64,000 nt of DNA from an uncultured Desulfatitalea sp. (GCA_963668675.2 CAXXMB010000001.1:448001-512000), one strand, 5' to 3'; shown: positions 42,784 to 53,394, counted from the stretch's first letter. Program-made: numbers and translations. The notes: generated by a model from the letters alone, not told the origin.

Positions 42784-42865
42784 CTGTGCGCCTCCTTATC
42801 ATGAATTTTGGCGCACTATGGCATGCCGGCTATCGTTTGAGAAGATGGGGTTAATTGAACGGTTA

Positions 42866-44697
42866 GTGCGCCGGGAGACCGGCATGGAGTAGAGAATGAA
42901 AGAGTCTTACGGTGAAGGAGTAGCGCACCACACCGGCCCCGAGTCATGCGCCGTTGACCGCAAGGTTAAAGGTGAAGCGTTGACAGGGGTACGCACGGGC
43001 CAGCCATTGAGCGGCGAAATAATTTTGTCCGGGACGCCGACGCTGTTAACCGAAGCGGAAGGCCACACCGAGAATGGCGTTATGCGCGAGCCGTTTTCGG
43101 GTCCCGCGCCGTCGGAGACCCTGAGCACGTGCGGAAACTCCATGCACGGGAACCGGGAGATCCCACAGGTTCCTTCCCCAGATGGCGGGGATGGACGGAC
43201 CGGGAAGGCTGGGAGCCTCACGCCGGTCATGAACGTCTGTGGGAAGTCGGATGCCTGCATAGTACCGAAGAAGCTGCCGAACAAAGACGGGGTAAACCTG
43301 GCTGCGGAGGCAGTGGAGGAAAGGCGGGCAATCAAGGGGAACGCGAAGCAACCGACCATGCTCCGGACCCAGAGCCGGAAAAGTATGTCGCCCGGGTTGC
43401 AACGCGTGCGAACAGCAGCACGTAAAGACAAGGATGCACGGTTCACCTCACTTTTGCATCATGTTACCGTTGCCCAGCTAAAGGATAGTTACCTGACTCT
43501 GAAGAGGCAGGCCGCAGCTGGTGTGGACGGCGTTTCATGGTCAGAGTACAAAGAGAATCTGGATCAAAGGTTGGCAGACCTGCACAAGAGAGTGCAAAGC
43601 GGGACCTATCGTGCACTGCCCTCGCGGCGGGTGTACATCCCCAAGCCGGACGGGCGCAAAAGACCGCTTGGAATCGCAGCCCTGGAGGATAAGATTGTCC
43701 AGCACGCGGTGGGGAAGGTGCTTTCTGCTGTCTATGAAGAGGATTTTCTGGGGTTCTCTTATGGGTTCAGGCCAGGGCGCAGCCAGCACGATGCGCTGGA
43801 TGCCCTGTTCGTTGGTCTGACCCGCAAGAAAGTGAACTGGGTGCTTGATGCAGACATCAAGGGCTTTTTCGACGCCATCAGCCACGAATGGATGCAACGA
43901 TTTGTCGAGCACCGCATCGCTGATCCTCGGATACGACGTCTTGTGTGCAAATGGCTACGGGCCGGAGTGTCAGAGGATGGGCAATGGTCAAGGACGAGAG
44001 TAGGGACGCCACAAGGGGCGGTGATCTCGCCGCTGCTTGCCAATATTTACCTGCATTACGTCCTGGACCTGTGGGTTAACCAGTGGAGAAAGACAAAAGC
44101 CAATGGTGAGGTGATCATAGTACGTTACGCCGACGACTCACCCTGAGAAGACCCGCTTGATTGAGTTTGGGCGGTTTGCTTCGGAAAACAGGAGAAAGAA
44201 GGGCAAAAGAAAGCCGGAGACATTCGACTTTCTGGGGTTCACACATATCTGTGCAGTAACCAGACAGAAGAAATGGTTTCATATTCGCCGCAAAACGGTG
44301 AAGAAACGGCTGAGGGCATCTTTGGCCAGAGTCAAGTCGGTGATACGTGCCCGCATGCATGATCGGATAGGCGAGGTTGGTGCATGGCTGCAGATGGTGG
44401 TTAGAGGATATTACCGCTATCACGCAGTCTCCGGTAATTTGACTGCCATGAATACGTTCCGAACAGAAATTATCCGCTATTGGTTTAAGAGGCTGAGACG
44501 CCGTGGCCAGAAGCGGCGTATGAACTGGGAGCGGTTCAAGCCTATCGTGAAGCGATGGATCCCGGTACCCACTGTGCAGCATCCATATCCTAATGTGCGC
44601 TTTTACGCCAAATGCCCAAGATAGGAGCCCGGTGCGGTAGTTCCGCACGCCGGGATCTGTGCGGGGGGTCGCCCGAAAGGGCGGTCTCTACCGCGAC
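42866..44697 (+). mobile_element. Group II intron (En-minus, resembles bacterial class D/E)
   Basis: 5' GTGCG; domain V GAGCCCGGTGCGGTAGTTCCGCACGCCGGGATC at ~44625; domain VI ending CTACCGCGAC; RT ORF inside. Confidence 0.93.
43229..44624 (+). pseudogene. ltrA: Group II intron reverse transcriptase/maturase, frameshifted by an internal deletion
   Basis: RT motifs RPLGI, SYGFRPGRS, DADI..FFD, GTPQG and RYADD. YADD is joined out of frame directly to HPEKTRLIEFG at ~44135-44140. Confidence 0.9.
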
Positions 44698-44800
44698 CGC
44701 ATAATTTTGAGTCGCTAAGTTAATGACATTTGTTTTTATTAAGATGTTTCTTGAAAAAACACAAAAAAAAATATTAATATTACATCATATGGAAAATATT

Positions 44801-46144
44801 ATGAAAAAGAGAGTTTGTTTACTTGGATTAGGCTTCGAAACGGGGAATATGGGTGTTAACGCATTAACATTCGGGACTATTAGAACAATTGTTAAATATG
44901 ATTCTGGAATTCCTATACACTTGTTAGATTATGGAAAGATTTATAAAAAATACAAAATTTTAATTGATGGAAAAGTAAAAACTGTAGAACGAAATTTAAT
45001 GAGATTTTCGAAAAATATTTTTCTGCAAAATAATATATCGAACCTTATAATAATTGCAATAGCCCTAAAATTAATGCCAAAAAATTTCAAGGAAAAAATA
45101 TTAAAAAAGAATGAATTAATTAGAATTATTTGTGAATCAGATCATGTGATATCGTTGGCAGGTGGTGACAGCTTTAGTGATATATACGGCATAAGAAGAT
45201 TTTTGTATGTATCACTTCCTCAAATTTTAGTTTTAATACTAGGTAAAAAATTGATATTATATCCACAAACAATCGGTCCATTTAAAAATAAAATAGTAAA
45301 AAATATAGCTAGTTATATAATAAAAAATGCAAAATATGTATACTCAAGAGATTTGAACGGATATGAATATTGTAGAAGATTACTTAAAAGGAGTAAGAGG
45401 AAAAACTCAAAAAAAAATCGCGTTAAAAATGACAAGCTATGCAATGATAAAATTAATAAAACAAAAGTAAGGTTTTGCTATGACGTAGGGTTTATATTAG
45501 AAAAGCAAAAACCCGATATAAATACAATGGAAATTTTGAACACTCTAAAGAATAAAGAAAAGAATTTAATAGGAATCAATGTGAGTGGATTATTATATGA
45601 AGGTGGTTATACTAAAGATAATATGTTCAACTTAAAAATGAATTATAAAGAATTAATAAAGTGTATAATAGAAAATATAATGAAAATAAAAGATACAAGT
45701 ATAATACTTGTGCCACATGTGTTTGGGAATAATGCTAAGAACGAAGATGATTTAGAGGCTTGTAAAAATGTTTATAAAGAGATGAGCAAAATATATAACG
45801 GAAGAATCGATTATATCAAAAATGAGCTTAACCAAGGCGAGATTAAATACGTAATTGGATGTTGTGAATTCTTTATTGGCTCTAGAATGCATTCATGTAT
45901 AGGGGCACTGTCAAATAAAATTCCTGCAATTGCTATTGCCTACAGTAAAAAATTTATCGGTGTTCTAAATACAATAGGATTAAAAGATTTAGTAATAGAC
46001 CCAAGAGAACTAGATACAGAAGAAATCGTAAATAGAATTATAGAAGTATATAAAAGAAAAGAATTTAACAAGAAAGTACTTGATAAGATAATTCCGAAAG
46101 TAAATCAAAGAATAATGCAATTATATGGTGATGTTAAAGGTTGA
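44801..46144 (+). CDS. Polysaccharide pyruvyl transferase family protein (WcaK-like)
   Basis: NMG..AL, GGDSFSD.YG, PQTIGP, RD, GSRMHS.I and AYSKK motifs. Confidence 0.88.
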   Translation: MKKRVCLLGLGFETGNMGVNALTFGTIRTIVKYDSGIPIHLLDYGKIYKKYKILIDGKVKTVERNLMRFSKNIFLQNNISNLIIIAIALKLMPKNFKEKILKKNELIRIICESDHVISLAGGDSFSDIYGIRRFLYVSLPQILVLILGKKLILYPQTIGPFKNKIVKNIASYIIKNAKYVYSRDLNGYEYCRRLLKRSKRKNSKKNRVKNDKLCNDKINKTKVRFCYDVGFILEKQKPDINTMEILNTLKNKEKNLIGINVSGLLYEGGYTKDNMFNLKMNYKELIKCIIENIMKIKDTSIILVPHVFGNNAKNEDDLEACKNVYKEMSKIYNGRIDYIKNELNQGEIKYVIGCCEFFIGSRMHSCIGALSNKIPAIAIAYSKKFIGVLNTIGLKDLVIDPRELDTEEIVNRIIEVYKRKEFNKKVLDKIIPKVNQRIMQLYGDVKG

Positions 46145-46287
46145 AAATCTATCAAATTAACTGTAGTAGTCAAAAGGCTCATGAGCTGTAAACTTTCTCT
46201 TGGTAGTATGTGACATTTTTTTTAATCTAAGATAAATTATTTTTGCCATCTTGAAAATACTTATGGGGCATTGTTAAATGATATAAT

Positions 46288-46540
46288 CATTAGTGTCCGG
46301 TTAGAGAAGAAAAAAATGGAATTGAACCTCTTCTTTTGTTATATTGGATTTGAGACTAACACATTAGAATCAAAAGGGAAACAAGCCATAGACCATAAAA
46401 GCACACTTTTCATTCTATGCTAAACTTTATTCCGAGACATCAGTTTGACGCACTTGAAAACCAACATGGCACGGAACAAAAAGCACGTGATTTTACCAGA
46501 TGGAACCAGTTCGCCGATCTGATGTTAATGCATGCCAGAC
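46288..46540 (+). mobile_element. IS4-family left-end remnant
   Basis: CATTAGTGTCCGGTTA end (compare 54904). Decayed N-terminus ..LNFIPRHQFDALENQHG....RDFTRWNQF. Confidence 0.65.
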
Positions 46541-46761
46541 ATTAACAAAACGATTTTAAGAATGGCTCAACCAAGCAATAATAGATGAACATTTTATAGG
46601 CTACTTAGCAAAACATCTATAATTCAGTGGGGAACTCCAATTAGAATTTTATGATTGGAAAAAAACCATAACTATAAGTGGCCTCAGAAAGAGAGAAAGG
46701 CTTCATAAAAATATTAACCCGAGAGAGCATCTTCTCTGGATGAAGCTGAAATTTATAAATA

Positions 46762-48024
46762 ATGATAGGGCAAAAAATACTTTTAATGTTATCTATTTGT
46801 TTAGTTGTAGTTAATATAAGATATGCTAGTCTGATATTTTTAATTGCTGTCACATTGATACCTTCTGGAGTACATTATGATATTGGTGGTTTTAATCTTT
46901 ACCCACTGAGAATAATGATAATATTTGGGTTCGCACGAATGCTGATTAGATCAGAGTATTTTAAGACTACTAGATCTGATTATATAATATCCCTTTTTGT
47001 ACCAATTTGTCTATTTAGCAGTTTTTTTCATGATGATCCAAGTGCGGCCTTTATATATAGGGCAGGGTTAGGTCTTGACACAATAGGTGCATACGTCCTG
47101 TTTCGCAGCTGGATAAGTAATATTGAAGACTTTAAGAGATTTTTTAAAACAAATATATATTTATACATAGTTATTCTACCATTAATGACTTATGAAAACG
47201 CAATAGGTCATAATCTTTTTAGTTATATTGGCGGGGTCCCATTCATACCATGGTTAAGAGAAGGGCACTACAGAGCCCAGGGACCATTTATCCATGCTAT
47301 ATTAGCTGGGACGATTGCTGGTGCTTGTATGCCAATGGCAATAGCATTATGGAATGAAAATCGCATCTTGGCAAAGTTTGGAATGGTAGCAACTTTGGTA
47401 ATACCACTTCAAACGGTATCAAGCGGTCCAATACTAACTGTTTTGATTGCAGCTTTCGGGTTAACACTATGGTATAAAAGGCAATACCTGAAAATCATCA
47501 TTAAAACAAGCATATATATGTTGATTTGTCTACATATTATAATGAAAGCACCTGTATGGTTCCTAATTGCGAGAATTGATTTTACTGGAGGTAGTACAAG
47601 TTGGCATAGGGCGGAATTAATAGACTCTTCAATAAGGCATATTTCCGAATGGTGGTTTGCTGGTACTGACTATACTAGACACTGGATGCCAACAGGTGTG
47701 TCATGGAGTTTAAAGCACTCAGATATTACAAATCGATATATTTGGATGGGTGTAATAGGGGGATTACCACTAATGATTTCTTTTATTTCATTATTTATAA
47801 TTACTTTTAAATGTATTTCTCGAGCTTTAAGTGAACTAGACGAAGGGGAATTGAAATCAAAATTTCTATTATGGACAGCTGGATCAGTTGTTTTTGCTCA
47901 CTGTGTATCGATGTTAGCTGTAGGATACCATGACCAATCCGCAGGCCTCTTTTATACTCAAATAGGTGCCACAATATCACTAACTAATTATTTAACTAAT
48001 GAAAATAAAGGTTCATTCGAATAA
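46762..48024 (+). CDS. Wzy-like polysaccharide polymerase
   Basis: About 10 TM; RAQGPF.HAILAG, SSGP, WHRAEL and DITN motifs. Confidence 0.75.
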   Translation: MIGQKILLMLSICLVVVNIRYASLIFLIAVTLIPSGVHYDIGGFNLYPLRIMIIFGFARMLIRSEYFKTTRSDYIISLFVPICLFSSFFHDDPSAAFIYRAGLGLDTIGAYVLFRSWISNIEDFKRFFKTNIYLYIVILPLMTYENAIGHNLFSYIGGVPFIPWLREGHYRAQGPFIHAILAGTIAGACMPMAIALWNENRILAKFGMVATLVIPLQTVSSGPILTVLIAAFGLTLWYKRQYLKIIIKTSIYMLICLHIIMKAPVWFLIARIDFTGGSTSWHRAELIDSSIRHISEWWFAGTDYTRHWMPTGVSWSLKHSDITNRYIWMGVIGGLPLMISFISLFIITFKCISRALSELDEGELKSKFLLWTAGSVVFAHCVSMLAVGYHDQSAGLFYTQIGATISLTNYLTNENKGSFE

Positions 48025-48113
48025 AGCGTAATTTGATTAAAGAAAAGAATTTTAAATTAAAATCTTATATTCCTATACCCATAAGCATGTCGTTTTAACG
48101 GTTATAATGTGTT

Positions 48114-48192
48114 TGTAGATGGTCGTATTAAAGTAAGTCAAAAATGGCCGTTTAAAAGTAAGCCACTATGGGCCCCAGGGGGATCCATAAAA
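48114..48192. mobile_element. IS21-like terminal remnant
   Basis: TG start, tandem CGT.TTAAA(A)GTAAG repeats, then half of the hairpin seen at 60974. Confidence 0.5.
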
Positions 48193-48917
48193 TGCGCTAA
48201 TTTCCAATTGATGACCCCTTGATATCGAGGAAATAGGGTAACACTCCGGTTAGTAGAAACCAAGGAAAAATGAAAGGAGTGTACCCGATGAAAACCAAGG
48301 CAAAGCCTGTCGGGCGGCAATGCATGCCGCACCTATTTTGCATCGAACCGGGCAAGATATAACAAACGCCAACGCCGGCAGGCCTGGGAGTGGATCACGG
48401 ATCTGGCGGTCGACATATCGGCCAAGTTCTCAAAACGAACCATTGATCCGGCGGCCTGGCGCATCGCCGCCAGAAAGTGGTTGGAGCGGCACAGTTTGAT
48501 TATCATCCAGAAACCGAAATTGAGATACTGTTCAGCTTCGTTGTGATTGACATTGTGCATGTATCTTTTTAAGATTTTACGATCCGGTGAAACGCAGGCA
48601 GGCTCTGCTGGGGAGCAACCTGCCGAGGGATAGCCGGATGCAGGTGGCATTGAATAATGCCCCGGGAGGAAACGGCTTGATTAAATCGGTTGTTTCCTCC
48701 GCCCCACTAATTGTCTATTCAAGCCTTCCTGCCCATGCCTTAGAAAACCCAATACAATAGAGGCGCGCAGCGCACCCAACAAAATTGAACTGCCACGGAT
48801 CAGCGATGAAAAGAGTCTGCCAGATAAGCAAAGATGTTCTTCAGTATGGGGATGGGATGATTGGTCTGCGAATCGTCCCTGGGTTGGGAAAGTGTTACCC
48901 TATTTATCTTTAAAAAA

Positions 48918-50018
48918 CGGAACTATAACCCATAAAAAGGCTCTACGTTGAACAACTTAAATTCAGGATACCACCACATTTGGTTCTTCGTACCTGGCAT
49001 CCTGGTGCCTTTGATAGCAGTGAGCTCAACATATCCATCACTGGCATGGATTTCATGATGATTTTCAAAGTACCCTTTTTACTCTTTTTCAGTTCTGGGA
49101 TGCGATGATTCCACCTAAAACATACTTCATGGAGATAGCGCGCCAAATGCTTTTTGCTCATATAGTGAAAAACACCCAGTTTCGCGCGCTCCAAGTTCGC
49201 GTTGAACGACTCTGCCGTGTTGTTGTGCACCTCGCCACGGACATATTCTTTGTTCCCATGGTTCACCCAATCGTGAGCTGCAAATAATTTGCCGGCTTTG
49301 CGATAACTATGAAGCTGATCGGTCATCAGATGCGATCTTTTATCGACAAAACGCTTTATATGCGGCAAAAGATCGGCAAATTTGTCGCTTTTCACCGGTA
49401 CTGCCCGAACCGGGCCGTTGCGTTCAACCGCTACAAAAACTCACTGCTTTTGGGTTCCCCGGCCTCGTTTGTGCTTTACACCATGCTCGTATCGCGGTTT
49501 TCCACCGATATACTTTTCATCCAATTCGACGATGCCTTGCAGCGCCGGAACCAATTCCAATCCCGGGTCCATCATCTTTCTGACAGCATGGCCAATCTTC
49601 CAGGCGCTTTTTTGAGAAATGCCGATCCATTTACCCAAAAAGACCGAGGACACGCCCTTGCTCGAATTGGCGATGTAGTACATTGCAAGCAACCATTTCC
49701 AAAGAGGCAACTTGGTGCTGTGCATCGGTGTTTTGGTGGTCACTGTAAATTGCCTTTTGCATTGGGCGCATTCGTACAATCCGGCTCGTACGCTATTGCC
49801 TGATAAAGCGTACGACTTAGAACAGTAGCAGTGGGGGCAATACCGGCCGTGGCGCCACAAAACAGATTCGAAAAAATGACGACAGGTCGACTCATCTGCA
49901 AACCGCTTTCTGAATTGATCGATATTCATGGCATCCTCCTTAGGTTTCAGGAGAATGCTATCATAGGCCTGTGACAGATCCGGTCACACTATAGGCCTTT
50001 TTATTGGTTATAGGTCCG
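48918..50018 (-). mobile_element. IS1595-family element with one in-frame TGA in the transposase (49929-48943)
   Basis: TIR CGGA(A/C)CTATAACC(C/A)ATAAAAAGG; perfect 8-bp TSD TTAAAAAA; Zn ribbon, ELDEKY, TD, NTAES and YLHE..FRWN motifs; stop at 49441-49443. Confidence 0.93.
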
Positions 50019-50588
50019 TTAAAAAATGGGCCATATTTAATGATGTCGCACAAAGGTGAAAGTTTATGTTTTCGTCGACACAAACCTTACAAGATCGAGG
50101 GCTACTTTTTCAAAATGTGCGAAAAATATTATACGTTATCTCCAAAGGTAAGAATGTGGCGGCCAATCATACATCGATCTATGTTCAGGAAGAACAGCAG
50201 CTGAAGAGAAAATAATTGCATGCCGTAACTAAGAAACTAATGTAGGTTTTGGAGATCGCTTATAAGCAAAAAACCACTTGAGAAGCTCATGAGCGAGATA
50301 AGGCAGAGCACGCGTTCTTGGGGTTGTGGCCTCTCTTCCAGATAGAAAGTCAGCATTGATGTGATGTTAGTGGCCGCCAGATTAAGGCGTGTACCTATTT
50401 CGTACAAAGTACGGCAAAAAATTATACATGAATATGGACTAATCTGAAGAAATTGAGATATTAAACGCATACACGCCCCTGTCCCAGGGAATATGCCCAT
50501 AGAACAGGGATCCGTTCACGAGCCCTTCAGGTTGACGGGCAGCAATAAGTATAAGTAAGAGTATAAAAAGTTATAGACACTACACTAC

Positions 50589-52109
50589 CTATTCAGAATT
50601 AATTATTTTCAAATTTGAAGGTGCTACTACACTTGACGCCATTGACTGACCATCGTATTCATATGCACCAATATCCCATTCAGTTCCTCGAAAGTTTCCT
50701 TTAATGTCGTAGTCAAAAATCGAACTTAATACTGCTCCTACTCCTCTGGCAGTAGATTCGAAAGATAAAGAAAAATCAGGTGGGCTTGAATAGGCTGAGC
50801 TGATATCTGGGTTTCCTTCATAGTCTTTGCCTACTTCAAGGTTATTATTCCATGTCGATATAGAATAGCTATATTTTGTACCGATTTTTCCGTATATATT
50901 GTTGGATCTGGTAAAAATAAGATTATTGGAAATGTTAAGTCCAACTACACCTTGTGCATCAATTCCTTGATAGGATAATGAGCAGATATTGTTTTTAATG
51001 GTGACGTTTGATGAAGTGTTAGCAATGCGTATGCTTGACATTGCAGCGTTATTATCCAATGAAGAAGAATTAGAAAGAATAGTATTGTTGTATATTCCAA
51101 CGTTGTTACTACCATATATTGATATTAACCCAGGTGAGAAAGTATATGTTTGATGACTTGAGCCAGAAGAAGTGTTTGAGAAGCTTAAAACATTGTTGTA
51201 GATTAAAAGGCCATCAGCACAGTCTTCAATAAAAATTTGGCTAGTACCTCCCGCAGAGGCTGAAGAAACAGACCAATCACCATAAAAAAAGTTATTATAA
51301 ATTTTAGCATTCTTTAATTGTTTGTGATTTGATACTGAGAAAATGTGTATGCCGTCTGCATGGTCAGAGCCAGTAATATTGCTATGCGCATCGTGGATAA
51401 TATTGTTGTATATTTCGAATCCTGTTATTGCTGATGATCCTCCAGAGTTATCTGTTCTCCATTCAATAGAGTTCCCAGCGTTAGATATTTCATTGTGATG
51501 AATCCTAAATCCATTTCTTGGAACAGTACCTTGAGACGCTCCAACAATAGCGTGGTTAGAATATGCTATTATAGTGTTATAACAAATTTCAAATTCATAG
51601 GAAAAATTAGACATTATCGCTCTAGCGTTATTACTTATACCTGGGTAGCCGACATTAATGAGTTTTAAATTAGATATTTTAAAATGGTGTTGATAATTTG
51701 TTATTATAATAGATTCATATGATTCTGATAAAGAGTGCTCGGCATCAAAAACTGGTTCGGTCCATGTCGAGCCATCAAACCAAGTGCTATCTGATGTAAA
51801 CAAGTCTATTTTTCCATCTGTTCCACTATAACCTAAGGTAAGTGGCAAGACGCTTGCGGGCCATGTAACGCCACCCTTAAAAATAAATTCGTCTCCAGGG
51901 GAATGAAAGTATGTTCCATTAAATCCCACCATACCAGGACATAATTTCCAAGGCCCTGATTTAGAAACGCCTGAATATTTATCTGAGCCGTTTTCATAAT
52001 CAATATAATAAGTTGTAGCTTCGGATGCGTCATATGAAATGAATATGAATAATAATACGATTATGAATTTATAACATGCATACTTTATTAGGTGATTTTT
52101 GAAAATCAT
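50589..52109 (-). CDS. Secreted right-handed beta-helix (pectin-lyase-like) protein
   Basis: Signal peptide; TYYID...GSD...G....PWK; repeated IYNN.I units; DIKGNFR...WDIGAYEY; tail VVAPSNLKII. Confidence 0.8.
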   Translation of the reverse strand: MIFKNHLIKYACYKFIIVLLFIFISYDASEATTYYIDYENGSDKYSGVSKSGPWKLCPGMVGFNGTYFHSPGDEFIFKGGVTWPASVLPLTLGYSGTDGKIDLFTSDSTWFDGSTWTEPVFDAEHSLSESYESIIITNYQHHFKISNLKLINVGYPGISNNARAIMSNFSYEFEICYNTIIAYSNHAIVGASQGTVPRNGFRIHHNEISNAGNSIEWRTDNSGGSSAITGFEIYNNIIHDAHSNITGSDHADGIHIFSVSNHKQLKNAKIYNNFFYGDWSVSSASAGGTSQIFIEDCADGLLIYNNVLSFSNTSSGSSHQTYTFSPGLISIYGSNNVGIYNNTILSNSSSLDNNAAMSSIRIANTSSNVTIKNNICSLSYQGIDAQGVVGLNISNNLIFTRSNNIYGKIGTKYSYSISTWNNNLEVGKDYEGNPDISSAYSSPPDFSLSFESTARGVGAVLSSIFDYDIKGNFRGTEWDIGAYEYDGQSMASSVVAPSNLKIINSE

Positions 52110-52226
52110 AAATTTGGTTTCTCCTTTGACACAATTTTTTACCCAAATATAGGGGTATTGTTAAATATATCTCAAATAGAGTTATAAATTTTCTAAAAGA
52201 GAATAATTAACTATGAATGAAAATTA

Positions 52227-52242
52227 TGCAAAAAGACTGCCA
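52227..52242 (-). promoter_or_regulatory. Sigma54 -24/-12 promoter
   Basis: rc TGGCAGTCTTTTTGCA, ~120 bp upstream of the start at 52109. Confidence 0.75.
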
Positions 52243-52737
52243 GTGAGAATAATGCTGCGCAAAGTTTAATATTAGTTTGAGTAACCATACACTCAATCCA
52301 TTTGATAATAAAGAAAAAAATATTTTTGTAAATATATTAATATTCTATAAGTTAATACTAAGGTCAGAACCGATTAATTAAAATTTTCATTCATTCTAAG
52401 GCGTTATTGACTTATATGTTATAATAGAAAATCGAGTTAAATTAGATAAAACATTGTGCAGATAATGTAACCAGGATGAATATATTTGCGCACATGTCGG
52501 AAAATTGACGTTTTAGATAAAAAATATCATTTGAGAATAAGTCCTTAAAAAAAGATACAACAATATCACCATGGAATAGTTTATATATATTAAGTAATAT
52601 TAGTAAGTTGAACGCATTATGTTGGTTGGGAAGAGTTAAGATCTTATCAGACACCTCAGAGATAGTGTGCGACATCATTAAATACGGCCCATTTTTAAAG
52701 AAAAATAGGTTAACACTTTCCAGACCAAGGGACAATT

Positions 52738-53373
52738 TGGAGTGACCCCCATCAGCTGCACACATTATCGATCAAATGTAAGAGCTGTTTGATTCGGGAT
52801 CCTGGTTTAAAAACAGCGCCTCATACTCACAAGGGGGACGATACCCCAATGAAGAATGCAGTCGCTTTTGATTATACACCTCGTCGATAAAATATGGGAT
52901 TCGCCGTTTAACATCTTCAATCGTACGGTATTCCCAAAGATGGACTTCTTCTGATTTAATGGTTTTGATCAAGCTCTCAGCGTATGCATTGTCATAGGGG
53001 TTGCCCTTGCGGCTCATGCTGATTTTAAAACCATAAAACTCGAGCTCTTTTACATAGCAGGCGCCGGCTCGTTGGGCCTCGGATTTACCCCTGTTGAGAT
53101 CTTGCAGTATATGATCACAGATGGTAGGACTCTCATCAATGATGGCGCTGATAACTTCAAGCTCCCGGCTTTGTGGATGATCAAGAATGTGGGCCATCAG
53201 AGGCATTTGTTTTTGCTATTTTTCGCGTATTTTGTGGTCGGCTCCTTTCTTGTATTTGTAGTATTAATGGTTGGTTGCAGACTTTCAATATACTACAACA
53301 AACAAGAAATTGCTACTACAAAATGCGCTTTCTAATTGAGTTACAAGTAGTTATAGCTTTGGATGGAAACTAG
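52738..53373 (-). mobile_element. Chimeric remnant: 5' end of an ISNCY-like transposase fused to the 3' end of an IS3-family element
   Basis: N-terminal HPQSRELEVISAIID..QDL joined at ~53060 to SMSRKGNPYDNA.AES...YNQKRLHSSLGY. IS3 end GGGGTCACTCCA at 52738. Confidence 0.75.
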
Positions 53374-53394
53374 ATAATATAACGGTAGAAATTA

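Larger units (their letters stand above)
40422..44698 (-). mobile_element. IS66-family element (40422-42865 plus terminal C at 44698, split by the intron)
   Basis: Ends GTAAGCGTCAA and (rc) G|TAACCGTTCAA; tnpA-tnpB-tnpC; no TSD. Confidence 0.9.

Noticed and set aside
42896..43228. 111-codon N-terminal extension of the intron RT ORF
   Set aside because: It runs through ribozyme domains I-III; the family-like start is MNVCGKSD at 43229.
42866..44697. RT as a retron, DGR or defence RT
   Set aside because: Clear group II intron boundaries, DV/DVI and a maturase region are present; no template/variable repeat pair was seen.
45385..45470. Lys-rich insertion in the pyruvyl transferase
   Set aside because: In frame and consistent with an AT-biased low-complexity loop; no evidence of function.
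49395..49443. In-frame TGA in the IS1595 transposase followed ~25 nt later by a GCCCG-GTT-CGGGC hairpin (possible selenocysteine recoding)
   Set aside because: The stem is short, the position is not a known catalytic Cys, and neighbouring IS copies carry ordinary nonsense mutations. Simple inactivation is more likely.
52495..52510. TGTCGGAAAATTGACG as an enhancer for the sigma54 promoter at 52227
   Set aside because: Imperfect palindrome with no convincing counterpart at the other three promoters.
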